Positions 51,298-62,885 are shown, numbered from the stretch's first letter. The stretch is DNA of 64,000 nucleotides from Candidatus Marinacidobacterales bacterium (GCA_965219415.1 OZ244742.1:1952001-2016000), one strand, 5' to 3'. Numbers and translations: made by a program. Notes: generated from the sequence alone by a model not told the origin.

Positions 51298-52485
51298 TCA
51301 TTTCTCAATCCTCTCGTTTTCGACAGTGTGAACCTTTGGTTGCCGTGAAAAAAAAGGGAGTCCCAATAGGTCCTGCGGCACTTGTGTGTCTGGCATCGAC
51401 TTGAAATGGTGGAATTCAATGGGAATGACTTCCGCTTCCACGACCACAGGCTCCCCGATTGACTCCGAAAGGTACTGGCGCAGTACGTCTGCCATTCTCT
51501 GCATGTCGGGAATCTCTTCCTTGGGTATCACACCGTCGATACCCACGTGCAACAGGCCGTCCCGGTATGTCACATGGAGCGAATCGATCCGACCTGCTCG
51601 AGAAAATAGATCGGGGCGTTGCACGGGAAGCGTTGAGATCAGCCTCATCGTCCTGCTCTTCACACGAAGTCTGTGTAGGGATTCTCCCAACGGCTCGAGC
51701 AGCAAGGCTGAACAGGCGGCGACGACCACGATCCCCACGCTTGCCTTCTTCCAGTGTCCATAGCCTTGCGACAGAAGGACTGCACCGGCGACCACGACGA
51801 TGCCCGCCAAGTTGGCCAGGAAAAGAACGAAGGCGCCCCTCGCAATATCGCTTCCTCCGGAATAAAGCCCTAGCTCAGAAAGGGAGAGCCCGACATCCGC
51901 GGTTGCCTTGCGACCCAATGCCAAGCCGACGCCGCATACCGCAAGGGGCGGTACGAGTGCCACGGCGATGGCAACGCCGGCGATGGAGTTCATGATGCTC
52001 CGGTGGCTGTACGCGAAGGCGGCGGCGCCGGCGGCCATGGCTACGCCAAGGTCGAGGAGCGTCGGCATGGTTCGGCTAAGGATCTCCGAGCCGGCGATCC
52101 TCCAGCCGATCCATTCTGTCGTGAGATAGGCGAACAGGACGACAAGAGCGGCCCCGGAGGTCACGGTCAAAATCGAGCGACTGATCTGGCCCCATCTGAA
52201 AATGACGATTCCGTAGGCGAGCCCCATAATCGGCCCCATGAGGGGCGCGATGATCATCGCTCCAATGATCGCGGGGGCACTGTTAGAAAGCAGTCCGAAG
52301 GTCGCGATGGCGCTCGAGAGAATGAGCATGAAGAAGAAGCCCCACGAGGGAATCGAAGCCTGCTGCATCACAGCGTCGAGCTCGTCGGCCGGAAGTGGTT
52401 TCTCCACGAAGGGCTCCCAACCCCCGGTGAGACGCCGCCATTTCTCGAAGAAGTAATCCCAACTCTTGCGCAAAAAGTCTTTCAT
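51298..52485 (-). CDS. DUF389 domain membrane protein
   Basis: IATFGLLSNSAPAIIGAMIIAPLMGPI, EILSRT.P, GVAIAVALVPPL. Confidence 0.9.
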   Translation of the reverse strand: MKDFLRKSWDYFFEKWRRLTGGWEPFVEKPLPADELDAVMQQASIPSWGFFFMLILSSAIATFGLLSNSAPAIIGAMIIAPLMGPIMGLAYGIVIFRWGQISRSILTVTSGAALVVLFAYLTTEWIGWRIAGSEILSRTMPTLLDLGVAMAAGAAAFAYSHRSIMNSIAGVAIAVALVPPLAVCGVGLALGRKATADVGLSLSELGLYSGGSDIARGAFVLFLANLAGIVVVAGAVLLSQGYGHWKKASVGIVVVAACSALLLEPLGESLHRLRVKSRTMRLISTLPVQRPDLFSRAGRIDSLHVTYRDGLLHVGIDGVIPKEEIPDMQRMADVLRQYLSESIGEPVVVEAEVIPIEFHHFKSMPDTQVPQDLLGLPFFSRQPKVHTVENERIEK

Positions 52486-52504
52486 GAGTCAAAGCCTCTG
52501 ATCA

Positions 52505-52548
52505 ATAAAAAAGAAAAACCCACCGGCGCTCAACGCGCCCGTGGGCTA
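52505..52548 (-). terminator. intrinsic terminator
   Basis: minus strand GCCCACGGGCGC..GCGCCGGTGGGT followed by a T-tract. Confidence 0.65.
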
Positions 52549-52570
52549 GTCCATAACTTCGACGGTCTGT

Positions 52571-52762
52571 TTACTCGCTGCTTGTTGAGGACGGCGCGTC
52601 GCGGCTGAGGTCGGGACGGCCCGCGATGACGAAGAGCTCCCGGCTTTGGTAGCAGTTCCGCAGAGTCTCCCGGAGGGCCTGCGCCTTGGCTTCTCCGTGG
52701 TGCTTGGCCACGTTCCCCCAGACATCGCTCGCCTCTTCAAGAATGCTTCTCGACGCCTTCAT
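52571..52762 (-). CDS. small hypothetical protein (63 aa)
   Basis: AGGAGGT SD before ATG; terminator downstream. Confidence 0.55.
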   Translation of the reverse strand: MKASRSILEEASDVWGNVAKHHGEAKAQALRETLRNCYQSRELFVIAGRPDLSRDAPSSTSSE

Positions 52763-52840
52763 AACTACCTCCTGGGTTGGAGAAAGGGAGGTCAAGCTAT
52801 GCCCGACCCGCCGGGTTGTCAAACGGGCCGATCGTATCTG

Positions 52841-53314
52841 CTAGTGGTAAACGACGGGTTGCTCGACTCGGAGGGGCCCCAAGCCGGCGGTGGCCGCGGC
52901 GATGCCCTCGGCAAGCTCGGGATAGTGGGACGACGTCCATGGATTTGTATCACGCCAAGCCTCGACGAAGTCACCGGCTTCCATGAGCGAATAGATCGGA
53001 AGCATTGTGTCGGATAGATCTTTCTCGTAGGAGGCGAGCAGCTCCGGCTCCTCCTTGCAGAGCACGTCGAGGGCCAGCGCAACGGGGGCCACGTCTTCAG
53101 GGAGAATCGAAAAAGGCGCCGCTATCGCGAGGTAAACGAAATCCGGTCTTCCCGCCCAGCGAGCACGTGACTCGAGCGTTCCCGCGAGCCAAGCGTTAGG
53201 GTCACGCCCCGGCCACAGGGTCTTATTAAAGGTGAAGCCAACTTCGGTCTGCGAAACGGACAAGGCCCCTTCCGCACCCTTCAAGATTCGATTCTTGTCT
53301 CGGGTGGATATCAA
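52841..53314 (-). CDS. hypothetical protein
   Basis: 157-aa ORF with GGAGG SD and a sigma54-type promoter upstream. Confidence 0.65.
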   Translation of the reverse strand: MISTRDKNRILKGAEGALSVSQTEVGFTFNKTLWPGRDPNAWLAGTLESRARWAGRPDFVYLAIAAPFSILPEDVAPVALALDVLCKEEPELLASYEKDLSDTMLPIYSLMEAGDFVEAWRDTNPWTSSHYPELAEGIAAATAGLGPLRVEQPVVYH

Positions 53315-53343
53315 TGGTGCCTACCTCCTCGGTGGCGTAGGAG

Positions 53344-53360
53344 AGCAAGTCACGTGCCAA
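53344..53360 (-). promoter_or_regulatory. sigma54 (-24/-12) promoter
   Basis: minus strand TTGGCACG-TGAC-TTGCT matches TGGCACG-N4-TTGCW. Confidence 0.75.
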
Positions 53361-53552
53361 ACGCGGACTCGAGTATTTCCAGACAGTTAGCGCATTCCGA
53401 TTCGCTCGTAACTAACCGATGAGATAGCCCGGTCTATCCTTTTGGAGAGCCTAGGAAGAGAGTTGCCTCCGCCGGGACTTTGCTGCAAGCTATGATGGCG
53501 GGTGCCGATAGCCCGATCTTCCATCATCAACGTCAAAGAGGTGCGCACCGAA

Positions 53553-55103
53553 ATGCAGGTCCGTGAGCTTGTCCATCCACATCGCCGAAACGGGATCCAC
53601 TTAGTTTTCACACTGTCTCTTGGGGTGGCGTTGGCCGCCTGTGGAGGAAAAAAAGAGGTCGCCGCTCCCTCGCCGACCCCCACTTCGCAGGCTGCCAAGA
53701 CGCCTCAGCGGAGCTCAGAAACCTCACCGCCACCGCCCTCGGAAGAAGTGCAAACGCTCTACAGAGGGCTCGACCAGGTAGAGGATGAGTTCGGAGCGAT
53801 CCTCGAGCGGCTGTCTGCCGGCGAGACGGTCGGGGACGAGGAGCTCGTAGCGCTCGGGCAGCGTCTGCAAGCGGGCGCGCGCCTGTGCGCGGAGACGCAA
53901 GGCTGCGACACGCTTCGCTTCCTCGACGTCATGGGCAGTCTCGTCGAGGAACAAACCGTGGCCCTCACCGACCAGGCTTCTCAACTCGAGGCTCTGAGCA
54001 ACGAGGCCGACACGATCGACGAAGAGCTTTCGCTAGAGTCTGGAAGTTCTTCCATCGTGAATGCGATGCCGGAGCTCGGCGACACCGTGTCGCTCCTGCG
54101 CGGCAACGACCTTCGCGAGATGATCCATCTCAACGGACCGGTCAAGGCCGCCCTCGACGATTGGCTCACTTGGAACCGCCCCATGCTCATGAACTCCTAC
54201 GAGCACTACCAATATCTCAGCGACAAGATCGCGCCCATCTATGAAGAGGCGGGGCTCCCGGAAGCGTTGCTCTTCGCGATGATCGCCACCGAGACCGGTG
54301 GAAGAGTCCATTCCTATTCTCACGCCGGTGCGGCGGGCCTTCTCCAATTCATCCGCTCGACGGGAAGGCGCTACGGGCTCCGAGAAGTGGACGGTTTCGA
54401 CATGCGGCTGGATCCCGAGGCCGCCACGCGTGCCAACGTCGCCTACCTGAACGATCAGTTCGAAGTTCTCAATGACAGCCTCGAGTTGACCCTCGCCGCA
54501 TACAACGGGGGCGAGTATCGCATGAAGCGTCTACAACGGCGGTACAAGACGGGCTTTTGGGATCAGCGGGTTTACTATCGCGTGCCCAGGGAAACACGCG
54601 AGTATGTACCTCGTATTCTTGCCGCGGCATGGCTTTTTCTTCACCCCGAAGACTACAACCTCGAGTTCCCGGCCCTCGAAAATGAGCTGGCCGAGCTCGC
54701 CTTGAAAAACGATGCCTCACTCGGGGAGCTCACGATCTGCTTGGGTCAAGTCGAGAGCCACAACGGTTGGTTTCGTACCCTTCGAAACCTTAACCCTCGC
54801 CTCAGCCCGGGGGAACGGGCCGAGGCCGGCGATACCATCACCATCCCGAAACTGCTCGTGCCTTACTACGAGGAGCGATGCGTTGAAGGGAGTTTGGTCG
54901 AGACGGCGTTCGAGCTCCACGAAGCCAACTATCCATACGGCAAGATGGACGTCTACGTCGTCCGCAAGGGTGACACGTTGGGACGTATCGCCTCCCGCTA
55001 CCGGTGTGTCACCACTCGGGAGCTCGCCGAAACCAACAACGTGCGTGCCCCCCGCTACCTTATTAGGGTGGGACAACAACTGAGGATCCCAGGCTGCCCC
55101 TAG
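53553..55103 (+). CDS. lytic transglycosylase (SLT + LysM) lipoprotein, MltD-like
   Basis: LAAC lipobox, TET, AGAAGLLQF, AAYNGG, ETREYV, C-terminal LysM. Confidence 0.9.
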   Translation: MQVRELVHPHRRNGIHLVFTLSLGVALAACGGKKEVAAPSPTPTSQAAKTPQRSSETSPPPPSEEVQTLYRGLDQVEDEFGAILERLSAGETVGDEELVALGQRLQAGARLCAETQGCDTLRFLDVMGSLVEEQTVALTDQASQLEALSNEADTIDEELSLESGSSSIVNAMPELGDTVSLLRGNDLREMIHLNGPVKAALDDWLTWNRPMLMNSYEHYQYLSDKIAPIYEEAGLPEALLFAMIATETGGRVHSYSHAGAAGLLQFIRSTGRRYGLREVDGFDMRLDPEAATRANVAYLNDQFEVLNDSLELTLAAYNGGEYRMKRLQRRYKTGFWDQRVYYRVPRETREYVPRILAAAWLFLHPEDYNLEFPALENELAELALKNDASLGELTICLGQVESHNGWFRTLRNLNPRLSPGERAEAGDTITIPKLLVPYYEERCVEGSLVETAFELHEANYPYGKMDVYVVRKGDTLGRIASRYRCVTTRELAETNNVRAPRYLIRVGQQLRIPGCP

Positions 55104-55391
55104 AGCGGTAAGTGCCCGGACCCGACTCGAGCCTCCCCCGCGGCTCCGCGTTTCTTTCGAAAAAACCCTCGACAAAACAGAAATTTTCGGTACAATCTGG
55201 GGCCATCCAATGAATTATTAGCTCCCTGAGCGGGAGCCTGTGTGGGGTTTGGGGGGTACGCCGATGCCCAAACTGGCCCAGGTGCCGAAAGTTGCGCCAT
55301 GAAACCGTGTCCACTCGTCCTGCCGGCGTGGCCGGCATGAGTGGAGCCGCCTGCCGGCCCGGTCCCATCCCCTACGTTTCAAGGGGGCTTC

Positions 55392-56983
55392 GTGTCCGAC
55401 TCTGAGAACAAAACCCCGGGGTCAGATCGATTCAACGAGTTACCCGATCGGGACGGCGAGCTCTTCGACTGGGGAGTCTGGAGCTCTTCCGATGAGGCTC
55501 CAGAAGCGTTGCTGCCTGGCGAGAGCGAGCAAGCGGAAGAATCGTGTCCACCGCGTCGGCCTCGACCTTCGAGATCCCCCCATCCACCGCAACCGCGGTG
55601 GATGGGTCGCACTTCGCAGCGAGGATTTGGGCGGACGATCCACTGATGGCGGTGACCGTGTACTTTCGTAAGAAGGGAGACGGACTCCAACTGGTAGGCC
55701 TCGAGCGGCACTGGCCGGGAAAGGTCATCGCTACTCCGGAATTTGAGATCGACACCGGGCGAAGCCGCTATACCGACCTTCAGGACCGGCAAACAGAGCT
55801 CTTCGACGTTTTCACGAAGAATTACAACGAAGAAACGGAAAAGAACTTGACCGGGCAGGAGCATTTCGACTCTTTACCCATCTCCTACCGCACGACCTAC
55901 GATGCGGTCACCCACGCATTGATGAACTCCCAGTTAACGGACGAGGAGGGGAACTCACTGGACACTGCGATCGATCTGGTCGAGCGTGTCGATCGGATCG
56001 CCGGTCAATACTACGGAAGATCCGGGGACGAGCAATTCCGCATCTACGCAGATCTCGTCCCGAACGCCAGGGAGACCCTCGACGAGTCCCAGGAGTTCTT
56101 CCGCGACAAGGAGAACACCGTCTACCACGTTGGGTACCCCACTAGTTTCCGTCAGATCGGGAGGGTTCCGAACATTCAATTCTCGGTTTCTGGCAACGGC
56201 ACTCGGGCCGATATCGATGTCGACTACCGCTCGAGCAAGATGCCGCAGGCCATGTTCAACGGTCACCTCACCTCGGCCAATTCGGATGTTCGGGCGGGCG
56301 ACAACTCTGTCCGCCACGCCGCCCGGTGGGAAGGTTTCGTCGCTTGGTGGAGAGAGGTCTTCGGCGGCCTGAAGAAAAGGAAAGACTCGCGCGGTACGGA
56401 CATCCTGGCCCAGGAGCTTCCGGAGCCCCCCACGCCACTACCCGCCGATCGACCCCGAGACGCCGAGCCCGCCGAGATCCATGAAGCGGCGCAGGAGTTC
56501 CTCACCGATTGGTTGGTGCGGAGAAAACCCGAGGAAGCGCTCAAGTTTCTCTCGGATCGCGCGTTGGCCTGTTTGAACACGGACGATGACGTAACGCTCG
56601 AGCTTCTTCGAGAGAACCAGGCTCGCGATGTCGTTCGGACGCTCATGGAGTACACCAATGACGAGTTGGGGGACCGCGACAATTTGACGGAAGCCATCGA
56701 CATCATCCTTCCCTGGGATCCGACATCGCTGGTGGTCGGCCAGCCCTACGAGGAAGACTTCGCGCTCGTTGAAATGCCCGATGAGAAAGCCGTTCAATAT
56801 CTCTGCGACCGCAAGCCTACCCGTCAAGAGGCGGAATCGACTGAGGCGGGCAACCTGACCTACGGCACTTACTACGCAGTCGTGTTTCGCTTCAAGGCCG
56901 AGGGGGGCGGCGTCCTAGGGCTCCTTTGGGAACGCGAGGGTCGCGGTTGGCGTATCGTGTCCTATCGAAGCTTTCAGCAATGA
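55392..56983 (+). CDS. hypothetical protein (probable frameshift near 55545)
   Basis: 479-aa ORF 55544..56983 plus an upstream in-register N-terminal piece; DIDVDYRSS, NGHLTSANSDVRAG. Confidence 0.65.
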
Positions 56984-57043
56984 GCTAGAGCTCCGACCTC
57001 TGCGCGGGCAGGCATCCGGATCCCAAGGTTGCAATCACCGTAA

Positions 57044-58756
57044 TCAAGGTTGAGAAGCGAGGGCGGAGAGGTCACTATACACTTCCTCCCCACCGACTAG
57101 AGTGAGAAGAACGTGAGCGTCCTTGATCTGTCCCGGCGGGATCTGGAAGAGGTTATCCGACATCATGACGAGGTCGGCGTACTTCCCTACCTCGATTGAA
57201 CCGCGGTTTTCCTCGAGGAAATTCGCGTAGGCGCCACCCAACGTGTAGGCCTCGACCGCCGTCTCTACGTTCACCCGTTGCTCCGGGATCCAACCGTCGG
57301 GAGGTTCGTTGTCCAGACCACGACGCGTTACCGCGGTGAAAATCCCTACCACCGGCTCCATCTCCGACACGTCCCAGTCGCTGGCGAAAGCAAGCCGAGC
57401 ACCCGCATCATCCAGGCTCCGCAGAGCCCAAGCGTATTCCGATCGCTGCGGCCCGATGCTGGCGGCCCAATACTCGCTGATGTCGGGTGCGCAGTGTCGG
57501 GGCTGCATGCAGGCGGTCACATCGAGCTCCTTGAAGCGCGGAATGTCTTCCGGAGACAGGATCTCCACGTGCACGAGCTGGTGACGGCTGTCTCGTGGTC
57601 CGTTGGCGCGGCGCGCGTGTTCCAAAGCGTCGAGTGCGACTCGAATTCCCCGGTCACCGATGGCGTGAATGAAGAGCTGAAAACCCCGCCCGTCCAGCCG
57701 GGTGACGGCCTCATTGAAGGTCTCCGGGGCATAGAACGTGTCTCCTCGCTCCCCGGGAAGATCGGCATAGGGCTCGAGCAGCGCCGCGGTGCGTGGCTCG
57801 ATCACATCGTCGATGTAGAGCTTGATGGCGGATACGCGGATGCGCTCATCGTCGTAATCTCGCCTCGCTTCGACAAAGCGGTCGACTTCCTCCTCGGTCG
57901 TTCCCGGCGGGTGATAGAGCGCGATTTGAAGTCGACTCTTCAAGTGTCCTTCTTCCAAAGCCTTCTCGTACATCGAGAGCCGCCGGACGGAAGCCTGCGG
58001 CTCGACGATGGTCGTGATCCCGTATCTGATCGCATCGGAGAGGTTCTTCTTCAAACTCGCGTAGCGATCTTCTCGGTCGCGACTCGGGACGTGCTGCCAC
58101 AGGCTCTCCTCGGCCTCGCCGGTGATCCCCATCGTGCCTCTGAGTATTCCGGTCGGCTTACCTTGCCCATCTAGAACAAGCTCCCCGAAAGGAACTCTTT
58201 CCGTGTCCGGCGTGATGCCCACGCTGTCCATCGCCGCGCGGTTGAGCCAGATGGTGTGGGCGTCGTAAGAAATGAACAAAGCGGGACGGCCTCCGGTCAG
58301 CCCAGCGAGGTCGTCCGCCGTCGGGAGTCCCCCATCAGGAAACAGGTTGTACTCCCAGCCGTCGCCCTGAATCCACTCTAGATCGGGTCGCTCCTCGGAA
58401 AACGCGCGGACTGCTTCTTGAAGCTCGGTCAGGCTTCCAAATCCAAAGAGGCTGACCGCGTCGGGGTTCGAACCGGCCCATATGTGGTTATGGCTGTCTA
58501 TGAAACCAGGTAGAACGAGCCGGCCCCCTGCGTCGATGACTCGAGTGCTCTCACCCACGTACCCTTCCGCACCATCGTTGGATCCGACATAGGAGATCTG
58601 CTCCCCTTTCACTGCAACCGACTCCGCCCAGGGTCGATCGGAATCCACCGTATAGACCCGGGCGTTTCGGATGACGAGGTCAGCAGACTTATCTGTCGTC
58701 TCTTGACAGGACCAGCAGATCCCAGAAAGAAGAAGTGAGATTACTATTTTCCGCAT
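57044..58756 (-). CDS. amidohydrolase (YtcJ-like, Amidohydro_3)
   Basis: PGFIDSHNH, HAIGDRG, ASDW, GSIEVGKYAD. Confidence 0.92.
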   Translation of the reverse strand: MRKIVISLLLSGICWSCQETTDKSADLVIRNARVYTVDSDRPWAESVAVKGEQISYVGSNDGAEGYVGESTRVIDAGGRLVLPGFIDSHNHIWAGSNPDAVSLFGFGSLTELQEAVRAFSEERPDLEWIQGDGWEYNLFPDGGLPTADDLAGLTGGRPALFISYDAHTIWLNRAAMDSVGITPDTERVPFGELVLDGQGKPTGILRGTMGITGEAEESLWQHVPSRDREDRYASLKKNLSDAIRYGITTIVEPQASVRRLSMYEKALEEGHLKSRLQIALYHPPGTTEEEVDRFVEARRDYDDERIRVSAIKLYIDDVIEPRTAALLEPYADLPGERGDTFYAPETFNEAVTRLDGRGFQLFIHAIGDRGIRVALDALEHARRANGPRDSRHQLVHVEILSPEDIPRFKELDVTACMQPRHCAPDISEYWAASIGPQRSEYAWALRSLDDAGARLAFASDWDVSEMEPVVGIFTAVTRRGLDNEPPDGWIPEQRVNVETAVEAYTLGGAYANFLEENRGSIEVGKYADLVMMSDNLFQIPPGQIKDAHVLLTLVGGEEVYSDLSALASQP

Positions 58757-58933
58757 TGGACCCTTTCTTCGGATCCGTGAAGAAGTTCCACCGCACGTGG
58801 CCGCCCTGCCCTCGCTTCACTCGAGTCAATTCGCGCCGGAACCGCAGAAGAACTGCGGCCTCAAGTCGTCGAAGAGAGTCATTTCCTGTGGCTAACTGTT
58901 TTCCATCGGGTTATCTCGAGAACGCTTTGGCGC

Positions 58934-59572
58934 TCAGCTGTGGTCAGCGTAGCTGGGCGTCAGTTGCAGTTCCTTCCGAGGCGCCGCGTCCAGCTCCGCC
59001 CCAGTTTCGAGCACGAATGTTGACCGAATGCTGTCCTTGGGAGCCGGCGCGGGCCAAATCGGGAGGCGCTCGCCAAGCCAGTGCGACAAGACGCAAACGC
59101 GGAAGTACTTCTCGTGCTCCCACTCCACCTCGGCCATGGTGAGGAGGCAGTCCACCCATTCTCGCCGCCCACAAGCCCACGCGTATCGCGCGGCGTCCTC
59201 ATATTCCCGAACGTTCCGGCTCTCGAGTTTTCCGGCTCCATACATCGGAGCGAGCCAACCCGAGATGTGGCAGAGAAGGCCGAGGGTTCGACCGATGAGA
59301 AAAGCCCTTGCCTCGCGGAACTTGCTCGGCGAGGCGCCCATGGCCCGCAGCATCTCCCCCACCTGGCGCCGATGCTGCCACTCTTCTTCCTCGATTTCCT
59401 TGATGTGAGCTCGCTCCGCCGGGTTCGAGACGGAACGCCAGTGCCCGCGGTAAGCGTGTGCGGCTACGAGTTCGCCCGAGTAAGCGAGCCTCAGAATTGC
59501 TGCGAGATTTCGTGAACTGTTTGTCCTGTCACTTTCCACGAACTCGCGCTCCACGATCAGCATTGTAGACAA
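58934..59572 (-). CDS. ferritin-like di-iron protein (COQ7-like)
   Basis: SGE, EEWQH, LE...Y, EWEH ligand pattern. Confidence 0.75.
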   Translation of the reverse strand: MSTMLIVEREFVESDRTNSSRNLAAILRLAYSGELVAAHAYRGHWRSVSNPAERAHIKEIEEEEWQHRRQVGEMLRAMGASPSKFREARAFLIGRTLGLLCHISGWLAPMYGAGKLESRNVREYEDAARYAWACGRREWVDCLLTMAEVEWEHEKYFRVCVLSHWLGERLPIWPAPAPKDSIRSTFVLETGAELDAAPRKELQLTPSYADHS

Positions 59573-59726
59573 GAAGCGCTTCGATTTTCAATTAGTCAAC
59601 GACGATTGGATCGAACGGAAGTCCTGGAGCCGCGACAATGTCAGACAAAAGTCTTGCCTGGGCAAGATTCTTTGCTAAGTCGCTTACACTCCTTCAACGG
59701 AAGTTCGTTTCTCGGGGGAACCCTTC

Positions 59727-60074
59727 TCACGCCCGCGGACCCCAAAGAATGACGGCGGCACCGATCAGACAGATGAGCGCCCCCGCAATGTCCCAAATGT
59801 CGGGCCAGATGCCTTCCACGATCCACAGCCACAGGAGGGAGCTGGCAATGTAGACACCTCCATACGCCGCGAACGCCCTTCCTGCATAAGCCGAGTCCAC
59901 CCTCGTCAGACAAACGGCAAAAAGCACCAGGCTCCCAATTCCAGCAACGGTCCACCAAGGCGTGCGCCCAAGGCGAAGCCAAGCCCAAAACGCGAAGCAC
60001 CCAGCGATCTCGAAGAAAGCGGCGAGCACGAAAAAACCGTTGGCGGGAAGCAGCACTGTAGGCGAGGATACCAT
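59727..60074 (-). CDS. YnfA/UPF0060 family SMR-like membrane protein
   Basis: [23 protein letters not shown]. Confidence 0.85.
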   Translation of the reverse strand: MVSSPTVLLPANGFFVLAAFFEIAGCFAFWAWLRLGRTPWWTVAGIGSLVLFAVCLTRVDSAYAGRAFAAYGGVYIASSLLWLWIVEGIWPDIWDIAGALICLIGAAVILWGPRA

Positions 60075-60150
60075 ACGGTTATCCTCACCTGGCGTCCCCA
60101 CCAACCTCGCGCATGCTGCGGTGAGCTCATCACCGAGCGTTCTAATTCGG

Positions 60151-61503
60151 CTAGGTCGTCCCTTCCATCCGCTGCAGCACGTGCTCCCGCACCCACTTGG
60201 GGTCCCACCATTCGAGTGGAGTCACCTGAACACCCCGGAGCAAGATCGAAAAGTGCAGGTGGTCTCCCACGGCAAGGCCAGTTGTCCCGGTCCGGCCCAG
60301 CGTCTGACCTTTCGACACGGACTGGCCGTTCTTCACGTCGATGCTACTGAGATGTCCGTAGAGCGAGAAAAGCCCTAGCCCGTGATCCAGGATGACGCAG
60401 TTCCCGTAGATGCCCAGATAGTCCGCAAAGACTACGTCTCCGCCGTTGGCTGCCTCCACCGGACTGCGGGCGAGCGACGCCAGATCGAACCCCAAGTGGG
60501 TCTGCTGGTCGACCTTCTCACCATGGTAGTAGTAGCTGCGACGATCGGCGAACGAAGACTCCACTTGAGAGTTGCTGAGCTGCTGGAAAGGTTCGTTCCA
60601 CAGGCGGGTCGATTTTGAGGTCGAGGTTATCTCGCCGATGCGCTCCTGTGTGATCGAGCGCAGCTCGCTGTTGATGGCCAGGAAGGTCTCGCGCGGCGTC
60701 TCACCGTGTTCGATATCCTTCGTGTGAGAAAGGATCTTTGGCGCGATGTCTTCAATGAGGCGATCGCTCACTTCGATACGGCGCTGGCGGAACTCGCGCG
60801 GAAACGTCTTGATCCAAAAGCCTGTCTCACTGCCGTTTCCGGCACGGTCTTCGGCCCATGCCACGATGGGGACGTCGGGTGACTCGTCGTAGGGCAAACC
60901 AAAGAGGCACACATGAGTGCCTTCGGGTTGACCACCGAGGGGAAATCCCGAGAAAACACGATTCCCGACCCGAACCCCCGAGGCTCCATCGCCCTCCGAT
61001 ACGTGGTAAATCACGGCCTCGGAGCCCCCTTGTCGCAGGTAGTGTTGACTCGAGAGCACTTCGATGCGCGGCGGCGTCAGGTCGAGGGTGAGAGCGCGCA
61101 CGTCCACCACCCGCCTGCGGAAGAACCAGAGGTTCGCTTGATCGGCGACCGCCACCGCGACCTCGAACTCCCCTTCTTGCAGTGAGGCCTTCTCCCTCAG
61201 GTCCTTGGCATCGATGACAATCTCCTCCCGCCCCGGGCGTTGCTGCCAGGGAAGCCAGCTCGTCGAGTACACACGGGAGAACACGGTCTCGACGTTTCCA
61301 TTCTGCCTCACCTCGACCAAGATGCTCCGCAGTCCCCTCCCCTCGTCTTGCACGGTGAGCCCCAGCTCGGAGCCCTCTCCGAGAAACTCCGGACCGATCC
61401 AGTTGACCGTCGGCGGCGAAACATCCCAGAACCAGATGCTCACAAGCAGCAGAATCAAGGCGGCGGCAAATCCGAAATATTTCATTACTCTCCAGAACCT
61501 CAC
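60151..61503 (-). CDS. M23 family metallopeptidase
   Basis: HLGFD, YGN, LYGHL, GDHLHF. Confidence 0.92.
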   Translation of the reverse strand: MRFWRVMKYFGFAAALILLLVSIWFWDVSPPTVNWIGPEFLGEGSELGLTVQDEGRGLRSILVEVRQNGNVETVFSRVYSTSWLPWQQRPGREEIVIDAKDLREKASLQEGEFEVAVAVADQANLWFFRRRVVDVRALTLDLTPPRIEVLSSQHYLRQGGSEAVIYHVSEGDGASGVRVGNRVFSGFPLGGQPEGTHVCLFGLPYDESPDVPIVAWAEDRAGNGSETGFWIKTFPREFRQRRIEVSDRLIEDIAPKILSHTKDIEHGETPRETFLAINSELRSITQERIGEITSTSKSTRLWNEPFQQLSNSQVESSFADRRSYYYHGEKVDQQTHLGFDLASLARSPVEAANGGDVVFADYLGIYGNCVILDHGLGLFSLYGHLSSIDVKNGQSVSKGQTLGRTGTTGLAVGDHLHFSILLRGVQVTPLEWWDPKWVREHVLQRMEGTT

Positions 61504-62667
61504 TTCACGAGGTGACCGTCTCTTACCCAGATTTCACCGTCGACGGTCACCGTCGTATCGGTGAAGAAATTCCAACGCACGTAGCCGCCCCCAACGTTGC
61601 CGCCGAGCTCGGTGTTGTCGCCCAGAGACAGCCGCACGACTCCGGCTCCATATCCGTAATAGGGGATCCAAGGGGAGCGTTCCGGCACCGCCAGCTCGGG
61701 ATTGAAGCCCAGTGCGAACTCACGAAAGGCCCGCCCGGCATTTCCAGCTTGGCTCATCTCGGCCTCCACTACTTCGCGACCGCTGTCGGCGTCGATGCTG
61801 ACAACTTTGCCTTTCTCGAAGCGGAGCTTCAAACCTGTAACCGCCCGTCCATCCCACTGTGGGGGTGGAAACGCGATCGTGCCTTCCACCGTTTCCTCGA
61901 GTGGCGCTACGCGAACCGCACCCGAAGGGAGCTCGATCTCGCGATCGATGAGAATGACCGCCCGGCTCGCGCGCTCACGGGAAGCATCACCGTTCTGAAG
62001 ACTGACCGGACGTTGGCCAATACGAAACCTCAGATCGGTCCCGAGCGGTGACGTCACGCGCACTTCCCCGGAACGCATGGCGGCCTCGAAGCGTTGTTGA
62101 TTTTCGTCCAACGCTCGATAGTCCACATTCAGCAGCGCATTCTGGTACGTCTCTTCCATGGTCCAGCGCCGTGGAAGCGGCTGGCCTGGTATCGCGACGG
62201 CACTGCGATTCTGAAGCCAATGGAAGTGGGATGGTTCGGCCTCTGCCCTCCTGAAGCAGATCCTGAATGGCGGCGTAAGCGGGTTGAGTGGGGATGGCTC
62301 CCGGGAGCATGACCGAGGCGTCGACCTCGCGAAACATATCACGGTAAGCTTCCCTGGCCGACCGAAGAGCGGGAGTCAACAGGCTTAGATCCCAGTCAGA
62401 GGGTATGGGTTGTTCTAGTGCATCTACGATACCCAAATCGATCGCTCCGGACTTCATGACGGCATAGCGGAAGTGGGGGATCACTTCGCGAAACGTCCCG
62501 GGGTGGGCAAGCGCAACAACCTTCTCACCCGGCTGAAGATCTAGCCGTTCGACGATCTGCTCACCAATCGCCTTCCAGTCCAGGGTGAGCTCGAGAGGAG
62601 GAGCCTGCGCAAACGTTGACGAGGTCGAAACGGCAAGCACGGTTAGAAGAAATACTTGGAGGCGCAT
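61500..62667 (-). CDS. M29-like aminopeptidase homologue, frameshifted near 62230
   Basis: signal peptide, GTDLRF, ELPSG, EFALGFNP, LSLGDN..LGG. Confidence 0.65.
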
Positions 62668-62676
62668 GGGGGCTCC

Positions 62677-62883
62677 TTACTCTGGTTTCTTGAGGGCGAT
62701 TAGCCAGCCGACAACGAAAGCGAGGGCCCCCGTACCGGTCATACCGAGCATCGCTTTCATCTCCGCGCTCCCAAAGAAGAGGAACGCCGAGGCCGTTACC
62801 AGGAATAGCCCGAAGAGCTGGAAGCCCCGACCGATGTAGTAGCGGGACCAACCCAGATAATTGACTTCTTTTCTGACCACCAA
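62677..62883 (-). CDS. small membrane protein
   Basis: two hydrophobic helices, directly downstream of mutL. Confidence 0.55.
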   Translation of the reverse strand: MVVRKEVNYLGWSRYYIGRGFQLFGLFLVTASAFLFFGSAEMKAMLGMTGTGALAFVVGWLIALKKPE

Positions 62884-62885
62884 CG

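Noticed and set aside
55271-55300. Second sigma54-like promoter
   Set aside because: GG-to-GC spacing is 11 nt, not the required 10
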